Below, piece by piece: positions 10,463 to 20,539 of a DNA stretch of 64,000 bases. Each line of letters starts with the position of its first letter. Position 1 is the stretch's first letter. The notes under the pieces were generated by a model, which saw only the letters and a list, made by a program, of their open reading frames with translations, ran no database searches and had not been told where the DNA came from. The translations under genes were made by a program, and so were the position numbers. Source of the stretch: a virus (lineage: Duplodnaviria; Heunggongvirae; Uroviricota; Caudoviricetes); IMG/VR virus record IMGVR_UViG_3300048599_000194, positions 96,001 to 160,000 of that record. The stretch is one strand, 5' to 3'.

Positions 10463-12415
10463 ATGGATGAATTCTACGGCGGAAACGTATATAGGTACTC
10501 ATTAGAGCCTACTACTCCAAAAGGTCTACATAGATATATCGATTTTGTTTCGATGTTACCACCACACGTTCAAAATAGACCAGATCTAATGAAGATCGTG
10601 TTATTATTTCAAGATTATCTCAATGATGGGTATCGATTAATACCAGAACCAACAACAACTAGGACATATAAAAATAGAATAGAGGATATTTGCGGTCCTA
10701 GTACAGAGACTGCTTCATATCTTGAAATAGCAAGGCCATTAAACCACGACACATCAATGTATAAGAAGAGATTGTCTAGTGGATTAGATTATTCTAATTT
10801 CGGCAACGATGAAATAGAAGATTACTATAAAGAAAGAGATTTAGATACTTGGGCTATTGAAGAAACAGATATGGATGCATATAAAGAAAAATACCCTAAA
10901 TTACTATTTGGAGATAGCGGAGATTTATATTCATATTACAATGAACCTAAACAATATTTTGATTCACTAGCCTACTACACTAAAATGAATAATATAGTTG
11001 AGAATAATATTGGAAGAAGTGATTTATTCACTAATACATTTATGTATTTTAGTACTGCGTCGCAAGACCTCACCATCGGGTTAGACGAAAATTCTATGAC
11101 TCTAGATGAGATGAAGAATATGATACCAGTCGTTGGCGATCTACCAGAAATAATATTCACTTATTATGCGTGTGACTCTGATACATTTTTAATTGACTTT
11201 GAGAATTTTGTCGGAAATACAGAAGTATTATTTAAGGTTGAGTCTAGAAAAGTACCATTCTTTTATGGAATTAGTGATTACTTGGATCATAATAAAAATC
11301 CAGATTTCGCTTCTGATGACTATGTGACATTTGATGAGATTAAATCTAGCATCACTTCGAGTGCAACTAAATTCTTATATTCGTTTAGAGTTTCAATAAC
11401 ATTTAACTCTAGAAAAGATGGTAGCTATTTGATTAGTAATCTATTTAACCTTCTACCCTTATCTCCAATTGGCACATTCGCATTTGAAATTAGGCCAGAA
11501 AATATTCTAGATGTTTCTAATTTCACATTTAGTAGGATACCTTTTATAGGATCATCACTACTTTCCATTTATGAATATCAACACCCAGAAAGATTCTATT
11601 CAGAATTCTCATGGCAGAATGAATATCGCCACGACGCTAAAGGTGCATCAATTGCTGAGAAAATATATCGAATGGCATATACTAAAGACCCAAATGTATT
11701 TGACTATGAATATCTTAGATTAATATCTCAACACTTCGGATATTCAATTGAAACCGATGAATTAGAGATTAATCAAAATTCGTATTATAGAAATAAAGAA
11801 GAAAAAGAAGCAGTTCTTAGAAATCTCATAAAAAACACTCCAGAGTATAATAGAATGAAGGGCACTGATAGTGGAATAGAAATGGTTTTGCTTAGTTTCG
11901 GTTTAGTTGGTCGAATAGTAACCCTATATACAAGGGGAGATTCTAAAATACCAGGATATGCTGATTTCATTGACAGTCGGGTCGTTAGTGGAGATATTGA
12001 AGAATATGTGGACGCTGAAGGCATAGATACAGCTTCAGGATATAATGAGAGTGCAGTATCAGCCCAAATGTCAGAACAATTTAGAAGTGATTCTACTTTA
12101 GGTGGTAGCTCTGTATATGATTGGTATGCAAGTCCACACTTCAGAGTGGAATTTGATTTACTTAAGGATTATCTTAATGTGGCCAAGAGTAGTGAATTAT
12201 TTACAACTATAGCTAAGACTATTAAGCGAATAAAGCCTATCAATACGGTATTCCAGGGATTCTATGCGAAATTGAGTGCGGAATATGGATCGTTATTTAT
12301 AAATCCACCCGTTTGCATGAATAAAGCTAAATTGATACGATATGAAGACACTGGATGTTCATTTGAGGATAAGTGGAGCGAGCAATGCGCTTTGGAGCTA
12401 ACCCATGATAGTTAA
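10463..12415 (+). CDS. Baseplate wedge subunit, T4 gp7/P2 gpI-like
   Basis: DPNVFDYEYLRLISQHFGY...RNLIKNTPEYNRMKGTDSGIEMVLLSFG...IKRIKPINT is the characteristic pattern. Confidence 0.7.
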   Translation: MDEFYGGNVYRYSLEPTTPKGLHRYIDFVSMLPPHVQNRPDLMKIVLLFQDYLNDGYRLIPEPTTTRTYKNRIEDICGPSTETASYLEIARPLNHDTSMYKKRLSSGLDYSNFGNDEIEDYYKERDLDTWAIEETDMDAYKEKYPKLLFGDSGDLYSYYNEPKQYFDSLAYYTKMNNIVENNIGRSDLFTNTFMYFSTASQDLTIGLDENSMTLDEMKNMIPVVGDLPEIIFTYYACDSDTFLIDFENFVGNTEVLFKVESRKVPFFYGISDYLDHNKNPDFASDDYVTFDEIKSSITSSATKFLYSFRVSITFNSRKDGSYLISNLFNLLPLSPIGTFAFEIRPENILDVSNFTFSRIPFIGSSLLSIYEYQHPERFYSEFSWQNEYRHDAKGASIAEKIYRMAYTKDPNVFDYEYLRLISQHFGYSIETDELEINQNSYYRNKEEKEAVLRNLIKNTPEYNRMKGTDSGIEMVLLSFGLVGRIVTLYTRGDSKIPGYADFIDSRVVSGDIEEYVDAEGIDTASGYNESAVSAQMSEQFRSDSTLGGSSVYDWYASPHFRVEFDLLKDYLNVAKSSELFTTIAKTIKRIKPINTVFQGFYAKLSAEYGSLFINPPVCMNKAKLIRYEDTGCSFEDKWSEQCALELTHDS

Positions 12416-14555
12416 TTTGCAAGAATCTAACATATACACCATTGGAAATTTAATAAAGAATTCTTCAGGGTCATTATCTATCCAGGGCGAAGTTAATAGC
12501 GCGGGAGACATCGCCGTTAGCGGAGGTAATAATACAATAACAACTCAGGAAGCTGAAGTATCATATTCCATGTCATGTAAAGGCACGGTTACTATTAACA
12601 ATGGGCAATCTAATGGTGATATTTACTACAAGACTGCATTGAATTTAGGATCGGCGTGGGATTCTAATCTATACCAGACTATTCAATTTAATTCATTACC
12701 GGGAATTCAGTCTGCATCTGACTTAATTGGATATCTAGAATATTTACAGTCCTTATCAACCACTGGAACTAGTTCATTTGCCTCTCCAGTGTATACACTA
12801 AAAGGGTATAGGACTAAGTCTGTGAATGTATATGAACTATCACAGGTAAATTTAGCTAATACGACGGCAATAAAAATAGGGCCTTATTCTTCATCCACTC
12901 ATTTAATAAAGATTAATTCGCCTTCAGTACAAGTGGTTATTTCTGGATTAATAATGGCTGCAACTGATGTTAAATCTGCACCGAAAGATATTATATTTGC
13001 AGTGAATTCCACTAGTTTAAGTATTACAAATTCAACCATTTTTGGAACGATTTATGCACCTAATGCAGACATTACAATCAATAACAGCATTATTCATGGA
13101 GCTATAATAGCCAAAAATATTACGTTCAGTGGAACTGGTAGTAGTTCAGTATATAATGACACGTTCGGTGGATACATTGAATCTGCAGTCGCACCTGAAA
13201 TCGAAGTGGGTCCATTATCAACGGTAGATAATTACAGTCCACTGTCAATTAGCATATCATCCAATGATACAATTCCGGAGTACTATGAAATTAGATATAC
13301 ATTAGACGGATCGATTCCTACAAGAGATTCAATACTATATACCGGGGAATTTGAGCTATATGTATTAGGTATAGTCACAGTAACAGCTAAAATATTTGGA
13401 AATGGAGTTGAAGATGGTGGAATTGCTTCACAAGTATATGGATTCAAATGCAAGACTGAAAATCCAAGTCTAGTTAGAGATACGCTGACTGGAAAATATT
13501 CAATTGCACATCAAGCGGGCGCGACGGTATACTACACGATAGACGGATCAACTCCTTCTAAGTTCTCAGAGAAATATGTGCAATCTGAATTTGAGAAAAT
13601 ATTTGCACATGAGGGAACATATCATGTCAGATTTTTTGCAATTGCTTCTACATGCGACGCTAGTGATTTTGTAGATGATGTGATTGTAGTTGAATTGCCT
13701 GATATTGGTACATATCCACCCTATGTCATAATATACAAAAACGGATCTCCAATATACACAATAATACCAACGCCAAATACATCTATTAACAATACCCTCA
13801 ACACAAAAAAAACTTACGTCTTTGGTAGAAAACCATCGGGAGAGTCTGCCGATTCTAGTGTAATTGAATTACTCACTGATGTTGATTTTACTATATCCGA
13901 CGTGTACAATATGACATTAAAAATGGCACCATATGCGGCAGGTGACATTATAGAATATTCAAAGAATGAAAGTAGCCCTGTTGGGAATATTACGTTTGAT
14001 GGTAATTATGTAAATATTAGAGATTTAAGCAGTAGCCGATTGAGAGCATGTTCTCATGTTGACTGGGATGAATATAGCCAGCAAATTGACTATACTATCT
14101 TATTCAGGACATCAGACCGCATAAATTTTGACACAACTTCATATTCTGATAGATCTGATGAAATTCTTGATTCCTTACAGTCAGGGTCTAGTTACGCAAT
14201 TGATATTGCATGGGTTGGCCCAGGGGTAGTGACTGATGATTTTGCAGTTTATCAAGCACTAATAAACATTCTCGCGACTGACATGCTAGATAGAATTTTC
14301 AATCCTACATTTGGAGTTAGTATTTCATCTAGACTCGCAGAGATACATACTCTTTCGAGTGGAGAGAAGATAATATCAGACCTTAAGGCTGAAGTTGAAG
14401 CTCAGGATTCGAGAATTAAGATTAACTCAGAATTATCTTACGCATACTTCGATGAGTCTATCGGGGCATTGGTAGTTGACTTGGTATGGGTTAATACCTT
14501 AACTAAGAACAGTGCGGCGTTGAAATATGCATATGACCTAGATACAATAAAATAA
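12405..14555 (+). CDS. Baseplate wedge gp25-like domain fused to a beta-solenoid and Fn3-like (CHB_HEX_C-type) domains
   Basis: C-terminal QALINILATDMLDRIFNPTFG...DSRI (GPW/gp25 pattern); internal IRYTLDGSIPT and VYYTIDGSTPS; N-terminal GTIYAPNADITI...IHGAIIAKNI solenoid. Confidence 0.7.
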   Translation: MIVNLQESNIYTIGNLIKNSSGSLSIQGEVNSAGDIAVSGGNNTITTQEAEVSYSMSCKGTVTINNGQSNGDIYYKTALNLGSAWDSNLYQTIQFNSLPGIQSASDLIGYLEYLQSLSTTGTSSFASPVYTLKGYRTKSVNVYELSQVNLANTTAIKIGPYSSSTHLIKINSPSVQVVISGLIMAATDVKSAPKDIIFAVNSTSLSITNSTIFGTIYAPNADITINNSIIHGAIIAKNITFSGTGSSSVYNDTFGGYIESAVAPEIEVGPLSTVDNYSPLSISISSNDTIPEYYEIRYTLDGSIPTRDSILYTGEFELYVLGIVTVTAKIFGNGVEDGGIASQVYGFKCKTENPSLVRDTLTGKYSIAHQAGATVYYTIDGSTPSKFSEKYVQSEFEKIFAHEGTYHVRFFAIASTCDASDFVDDVIVVELPDIGTYPPYVIIYKNGSPIYTIIPTPNTSINNTLNTKKTYVFGRKPSGESADSSVIELLTDVDFTISDVYNMTLKMAPYAAGDIIEYSKNESSPVGNITFDGNYVNIRDLSSSRLRACSHVDWDEYSQQIDYTILFRTSDRINFDTTSYSDRSDEILDSLQSGSSYAIDIAWVGPGVVTDDFAVYQALINILATDMLDRIFNPTFGVSISSRLAEIHTLSSGEKIISDLKAEVEAQDSRIKINSELSYAYFDESIGALVVDLVWVNTLTKNSAALKYAYDLDTIK

Positions 14556-14593
14556 CCAAAAAATACTAGCAATCAGCTTGAATAAATATTCGC

Positions 14594-16279
14594 ATGACTT
14601 CTAAAGTAGATACCTTTGGATTACTTATTAGTAATTTTTCATCTAAAACTCAGCAATCCGTCACTGATAATTTCACGCATAGCTTATCACTAACTAAATC
14701 TAGAATAATCAAAAATGGATTGAATCTCATTCCTGAAATTGACTACAGCGGAGCTAAACTAACAAAACAGTTAAATGCAATGAAAATTTCCACCGGAAGT
14801 TCTTACACTGCATATACGAATTACGAAAACATTCTAATTAAATCTACACCAATCGGACTATCTTTAGCGTCTAATGTTCTGTCATTCACGTATGAACTAC
14901 TGAATATTACCCAAGATCCATATAGTTCTGTTGCAGTTTCTCACGATAATTTTGAAAAGATTGATCCTAATTACAATAAGGATGAATTAGAATTTTCAGT
15001 TGCATTATCGGCAAATTATTCAGTTTCAATAGTATTTGCAAAAGCTCCTCCTGCTAGGAGGGTGAGATACCCAGAATTATTTAATGAATCAATCCATACG
15101 GCAAATAGCTTCTGGGACTATAGTGCAAGTAATTTAACTGACATATGTGAAAGTGATTTGCTTAAGGAGAATGAGCGCGTCGTATATTTGCGTATTCGTA
15201 GGGGTGGAAATCCATACACACTAACAACAGGTACTTTTAAGGATTTTGCGCTTACTTCACTTGGAATGGACGGTAGGTTTGTATTGAAGCGCGATGTCCT
15301 GGAATACTTAGTTTTGAAAAAAGTCATAATGGAAGCAGATTCTGAAGGATATTTACATAATGAATTAATGTATCCACTCAAGGATAATAATTCCGTAGTT
15401 GACATTAGTAAAATCAATGAACATAACAAACTTAAAGTAAAATTCAATATTGAATTAAATTCAGATGCAGGGTCTAGTCAAATAATCGCATCGATAGCCA
15501 GCGACGATAATGCAATTTCGTTAGCTTCACAATCTATTCCAATGCCATATTATTCAATATCAGACATCTATTCAAGTGTTAAAGTTTCATCTAAGGTGGA
15601 AAACAATGATTTAACTATATCCTCTCTCGAAATATATAGTGACGTTGTTGGTAATACAATAGATCCATTGGATGGAAGTCGATACGCCCCCCCAGTAATA
15701 TACCTAACGAAGGGAGTGTCTTTAGGTACTCCAATTGCTTTAGATTCGTCGGGTGTTGATTTGTATTTACCTTTAGATCTAACTTTAATTTTTAACGCAC
15801 TACCTTCACATCGAAATGTACCATCTAGCCAAATATGGATTTCATTGGATGGCGGCGATTTTATTAATGCAACGTCCATATCAATATCTGGAGTTGCTAA
15901 GTATAAAACTCATACTTTTAGGGCGTATGTTGAGGGTAGCGGTGATATTGAATCTAGCATAGTAGTTGAACGAAAATTCACAATATACCCAGTAATGAGC
16001 ACTCCAGTATTTTCGGTTAGTAATTCAAATGGGATACTTACAGTATCCGCAACATCTGAATTTGGAATTTTATATTCAACAGATGGAGCCTATCCTGATT
16101 ATGTAAATAGATCTAACGTAGCAATGTATACTGAGCCTTTCAAGATAGTCAAACGTACCGTCATAAAGGCAGTGTCGGTATTTGAAAATCAGTATAGTAA
16201 TGTCGCGGAATATGTGTTTGACCCGGATGAAATATTCACCTTAACTGCTACATTAGCAACCGTTACAATCACGGTTTAA
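14594..16279 (+). CDS. Virion structural protein with C-terminal Fn3-like (CHB_HEX_C-type) domain
   Basis: TPVFS...ILYSTDGAYP...YTEPFKI...VIKAVSV; TAAATA-N5-ATG. Confidence 0.6.
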   Translation: MTSKVDTFGLLISNFSSKTQQSVTDNFTHSLSLTKSRIIKNGLNLIPEIDYSGAKLTKQLNAMKISTGSSYTAYTNYENILIKSTPIGLSLASNVLSFTYELLNITQDPYSSVAVSHDNFEKIDPNYNKDELEFSVALSANYSVSIVFAKAPPARRVRYPELFNESIHTANSFWDYSASNLTDICESDLLKENERVVYLRIRRGGNPYTLTTGTFKDFALTSLGMDGRFVLKRDVLEYLVLKKVIMEADSEGYLHNELMYPLKDNNSVVDISKINEHNKLKVKFNIELNSDAGSSQIIASIASDDNAISLASQSIPMPYYSISDIYSSVKVSSKVENNDLTISSLEIYSDVVGNTIDPLDGSRYAPPVIYLTKGVSLGTPIALDSSGVDLYLPLDLTLIFNALPSHRNVPSSQIWISLDGGDFINATSISISGVAKYKTHTFRAYVEGSGDIESSIVVERKFTIYPVMSTPVFSVSNSNGILTVSATSEFGILYSTDGAYPDYVNRSNVAMYTEPFKIVKRTVIKAVSVFENQYSNVAEYVFDPDEIFTLTATLATVTITV

Positions 16280-16307
16280 TTAGATTTCTTCAATACTAAA
16301 TATCCAT

Positions 16308-18221
16308 ATGAGTTGGACTTCTTTCAGTGCATTACAAAATAACGAATGGTGGGGCGTATATAAGGCTCCGAATGGGACAATATACGCCGCAGATACAGGA
16401 GGAGTTAGTTATATTTACTCATCAGAAGATGGGGGATTGACCTGGAATTCATGTTCGGCAGATGGTGGATGGAATGGATTATCTGGAGATAGTGCTGGTA
16501 ATGTATATGCCGTGTGGAATATGAATTATGTGTATAAATTGGTTAATGGGGCATTTACTGCATTAACATCGTCCGGTTCTAGGGCCTGGTACGATATAGA
16601 TTGCACTCCAAGTGGAGATATTTACGCAGTTGCTTGGGGTGATTATATTTACAAATCTATTGATCATGGAGTCACTTGGACTCCTATTATATCTGCAGGA
16701 CAGGGGTCGTGGTCGTCAATTGACGCACGAATTCCAAATAGGATACGAGCAATTAGAAGCGGCGGTGTGGTATATGAATCGCTAGATTCAGGAGTTACCT
16801 GGAATGTATCATCGTTTTCAGGGACACGCCAGTTCTTTAGGATGAGATCAGCTCCAGATGGAACAATTTATTCTAATGAACTATACGGAAGTTTGTTAAT
16901 TTCTAAAGACAATGGCTCTACTTGGACTTCAATTGCACCTCCAACTGGAACAGGTACTATATGGTCGATTCATCCATTATCATCCAAATCTGCATTAATT
17001 GGAATGTCTGTTGGACCCTTACTCACATACACTGAAGATGTAATAATATATAATGACGCAGTTACAGTGACTCTCGGCAATTATACTGGAACTACATACT
17101 ATACCTTGGACGGATCTAATCCACTAGACATAAAAAATATTGCACGTCGAATCTACGTTGAACCATTTAAGGTTTTGCCAATTGGATCAAATGTAGTAAA
17201 TCTACACATAGCAACTATACAACCTGGACATAAGTCAGCAAATACATATCCGGACAATCCTACTGTAATTGAATTCTCATTTACATGTAATCCTTGGAGA
17301 ATTTCAGAAAGTTCTATGGATTACGGAGTTGCAACCGTAACTGAAGTAGATACTCTTAAAATATATACAGGTGCATCATTAGAGAGAAGTAAAGGATTTA
17401 CTGGTGATTATTTCTATGGATTTGACATATTGAATGCAATTGGTAATTCGAGTTTAGTATTTGGATTGAAATCTTACTTAGGTGTAGTTAATAATTTATC
17501 TGAAGGTGAATACACAACTAAATGGAAATCTCCGAGTTTAACATTTTTAGATAGAGTAGATGACGTAATAACGTGTTGTGTTGGATATCGAAAAGGGCTA
17601 GAGGATAAGAATCACTTTGACGAAATTGGTAGATTTGATTGGAACATAAATGAACCGTTGCCAGTAATTGCATATTTCAAAGACGAGATAGTAACACCTA
17701 ATAATTCAATTGTGTATAAAGCAAGCGAGCTACACGAAAGAGTATCAATTGATGGCGATGCATATCTAGATGAATTATATGGAGTTAAAGTATCTTCAGG
17801 AACTCCAAAAAATATCATAGTATATGATATCCCGGCGAATACTAAGGTATTTGTATATGTTGACATGGATAATATCCCAGATTCATCTGACATATTCATA
17901 ACAAAAAAAGGAAATGCCCCTGGTAGTGAATTAGTTATTTCTACCACATGGGGACTATTTGAAATGGACGATGTATATAAGTTAAAAGAGGAAGCCACTA
18001 TTAGTATATATAAAGGTGACGGTGCCATATTATCAAAACTAGATAATTTTACTGCATATAGAACTTCAAGAAATATCAAATTAAGAGTGAATGGATTAGA
18101 AACTGAATATGTACGAGCATCAAACGTAAACTTGGATTACATAATGATGAATCTAATGGAAGTTAATTCCGAATTAGATTCATGTGTTGAGATTGGAAAT
18201 GTAAAGGGCGGATGCCTCTAA
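16308..18221 (+). CDS. BNR/Asp-box beta-propeller plus Fn3-like domain virion protein
   Basis: Asp-boxes SEDGGLTW, SIDHGVTW, SLDSGVTW, SKDNGSTW followed by YYTLDGSNP...YVEPF; TAAATA-N5-ATG. Confidence 0.7.
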   Translation: MSWTSFSALQNNEWWGVYKAPNGTIYAADTGGVSYIYSSEDGGLTWNSCSADGGWNGLSGDSAGNVYAVWNMNYVYKLVNGAFTALTSSGSRAWYDIDCTPSGDIYAVAWGDYIYKSIDHGVTWTPIISAGQGSWSSIDARIPNRIRAIRSGGVVYESLDSGVTWNVSSFSGTRQFFRMRSAPDGTIYSNELYGSLLISKDNGSTWTSIAPPTGTGTIWSIHPLSSKSALIGMSVGPLLTYTEDVIIYNDAVTVTLGNYTGTTYYTLDGSNPLDIKNIARRIYVEPFKVLPIGSNVVNLHIATIQPGHKSANTYPDNPTVIEFSFTCNPWRISESSMDYGVATVTEVDTLKIYTGASLERSKGFTGDYFYGFDILNAIGNSSLVFGLKSYLGVVNNLSEGEYTTKWKSPSLTFLDRVDDVITCCVGYRKGLEDKNHFDEIGRFDWNINEPLPVIAYFKDEIVTPNNSIVYKASELHERVSIDGDAYLDELYGVKVSSGTPKNIIVYDIPANTKVFVYVDMDNIPDSSDIFITKKGNAPGSELVISTTWGLFEMDDVYKLKEEATISIYKGDGAILSKLDNFTAYRTSRNIKLRVNGLETEYVRASNVNLDYIMMNLMEVNSELDSCVEIGNVKGGCL

Positions 18222-20524
18222 CCATTCTTAGTAGTTATTGTTATTCCATTTACTACATCTAGTTCAATTTGGGCGATTTCGTTTGGTTGAGTGAAATTAG
18301 AAATATCACCAAACTCAGTAATTAAATATTTTGCGGTATAATAGTCAGTGTCATTTCTTAATTGAACAGCCCACCTGATGAAGGTGTCATATATCAATTC
18401 ACTAAAATCACTGTTTATTAATCCACCATTCTCAATTGGCTTTTGGAATTCTGTGTTTAAGAAGTCAGAAACGCTCTTAATTTTTCCACCTACTATTAAT
18501 GGATTAAGAAGCATTCTACCTAAAGTATTTTCCCACGCATAGTTTATGAAGTTAGCTACATTTGCTTCATACATTTTAGATTCATTAAGTAATGTACTAC
18601 CTGGGTATCCAAATGTATCAAACATTTTGGTTAAGAACATGGACTTCAATAGTGTTCCATTTGAGGTAAATTCCGGGAACAATATTGAGGTTGGATATAG
18701 AGATTGTAATTTATACATTGATGCGAACAAATCATCGACCACACTTAAACTCTGACCCATTAATATATCTAGATACTTAGAATCAGACGGTAATTCGGCG
18801 TATGGTTCAAATGATACGTGACAACCAACAATTGACTTTAGAGATTCAATGATCTTAATTATCTTCGATGAGTATATTGGGAAGTTGAAATGAGTATTAT
18901 CTTTCAAATAAGCAAATGATTTTTGCTGAATATCTGAAGCGATAGTGTTTTTATTTGATATTGGAGACACGAACACCTCGACATTCATATTGTACTTATG
19001 TACCTTTGATGGGAAGTAGATGTGTCTAACTGTAGTTTGACCCTTGCGTTTAAGCGTCCTTAAAATATATCCAATCTCTGAAGTAGTGTCGATATTTTGC
19101 TTACTTAGTCTAAAAACTGACCCAAGGCTATTAACATATTGTTCATATTTTGATTGAGTAGATACGTCGTTTTCAATTGAAGATAGATTGAAGCGAGAAT
19201 CGAAAGTGGCCTTTATGTTACTAGTGACAGTACCAGCGTCCTGTATGCTCTGTGCAACCCCTAGAGTGTTGAACCCACTAAGAATATACTCAGATGGGTA
19301 GGACGGGCGCAAAGAGCCTACAGTCCCCGTATAAAGGCTATTAATGGCAGTGAACATTACCGTATTGAAATAACGATAATCACCTGCACCCATTTGATCC
19401 TCGCCAAATGCAAGTGCATGGGCCACGTTAGGCATAGTTAGAAGAATAGCTTTATAGTCATCGGTTGTAACCGCTCTATCCAATGCCGCAAATATTTTTG
19501 GAGAGTTATACCTAATTGAATCAATCGATTCGATATCAGCACCCCCAACTGCGCTTTCATCTAGGTAGAATGAAATATTATCTAATCCAATTGAGTTTAC
19601 TGGATATGATTCAATGTCAATATTTTGAGCGTCGATTTTCAGGTCTTTTGAATTGTATAAATTCCCTGAAACTCCAGCAGTAGATAGATAAGTAACTTCG
19701 ATTTCTCCACTAGGGATTGCTGAAATAATTCCATCTCCGAATAGGATCTGAACATTTCCTTCAGCATTTGTTGAAATAAAGCATTTATAGTTTGTGCTTT
19801 TTATTAATTTTCCGCCATTCATTGACGGAGCCGTTGATTGATCTGCATTGTATAGAGATCGCCTATCTATTTCCCATGCAACACCATCAACTTTAACTAC
19901 CGTTATTCTGTTTTCTGGTACTTGATCATATAGAGGATCAGAATCCCCGAAATATTCAGAAAAAGTTGGATCTGCGATTTCAAAAGACTGAAATATCTTG
20001 CCTTCTTCGGCATTGAAGGTTGCTGTTTTTAGATATCCCTGGATAATACCAGCACCTGCAGTCGGAGCTACTACTTTACCTGTGGCATCCCACTTAAAGG
20101 TATAATCGTCAAGAGTAATGAATGGATACGAATTAATTGAAAGGGCTGACTTTTTCTTTATGGTGAAAGATCCAGAGTAGTGGGAAACGGTTCCCTCCAA
20201 AACGACATAGAACGAGGATCCAGCGGGAACTGGTCGTCTAATTGAATATCCCTTACTAGCCGCATCAACTAGAGCAGATGACAATTTTGTTGCAAGCGGC
20301 GAGTAACTTTCTAACAATCCACTTTCTATTCCACGATACAGTAATTCAGTATATGCTGAGAATAGTTCATGTAGCATTCTACCAGTACTTGAATTAAAGA
20401 AATCCTGAAGTCTTGGTGTTTGCAGATTTAATATGGCTGATACTTGAGATAACGTATCTTCATATGAAATCTTACTATAGTTTAGGAATTTGTCGTTTCG
20501 ACTGTCAACTTGCTCAGTGGCCAT
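18218..20524 (-). CDS. Baseplate wedge subunit, T4 gp6-like
   Basis: ILFGDGII, GGADIESIDSIRYNSPKIFAALDRAVTTDDY and N-terminal DFFNSSTGRML are gp6/baseplate-J signatures. Confidence 0.85.
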   Translation of the reverse strand: MATEQVDSRNDKFLNYSKISYEDTLSQVSAILNLQTPRLQDFFNSSTGRMLHELFSAYTELLYRGIESGLLESYSPLATKLSSALVDAASKGYSIRRPVPAGSSFYVVLEGTVSHYSGSFTIKKKSALSINSYPFITLDDYTFKWDATGKVVAPTAGAGIIQGYLKTATFNAEEGKIFQSFEIADPTFSEYFGDSDPLYDQVPENRITVVKVDGVAWEIDRRSLYNADQSTAPSMNGGKLIKSTNYKCFISTNAEGNVQILFGDGIISAIPSGEIEVTYLSTAGVSGNLYNSKDLKIDAQNIDIESYPVNSIGLDNISFYLDESAVGGADIESIDSIRYNSPKIFAALDRAVTTDDYKAILLTMPNVAHALAFGEDQMGAGDYRYFNTVMFTAINSLYTGTVGSLRPSYPSEYILSGFNTLGVAQSIQDAGTVTSNIKATFDSRFNLSSIENDVSTQSKYEQYVNSLGSVFRLSKQNIDTTSEIGYILRTLKRKGQTTVRHIYFPSKVHKYNMNVEVFVSPISNKNTIASDIQQKSFAYLKDNTHFNFPIYSSKIIKIIESLKSIVGCHVSFEPYAELPSDSKYLDILMGQSLSVVDDLFASMYKLQSLYPTSILFPEFTSNGTLLKSMFLTKMFDTFGYPGSTLLNESKMYEANVANFINYAWENTLGRMLLNPLIVGGKIKSVSDFLNTEFQKPIENGGLINSDFSELIYDTFIRWAVQLRNDTDYYTAKYLITEFGDISNFTQPNEIAQIELDVVNGITITTKNG

Positions 20525-20539
20525 GCATGATATTTAGAA

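Noticed and set aside
2140-18221. Diversity-generating retroelement or invertible fibre cassette
   Set aside because: No reverse transcriptase, recombinase or template/variable repeat pair was seen in this window.
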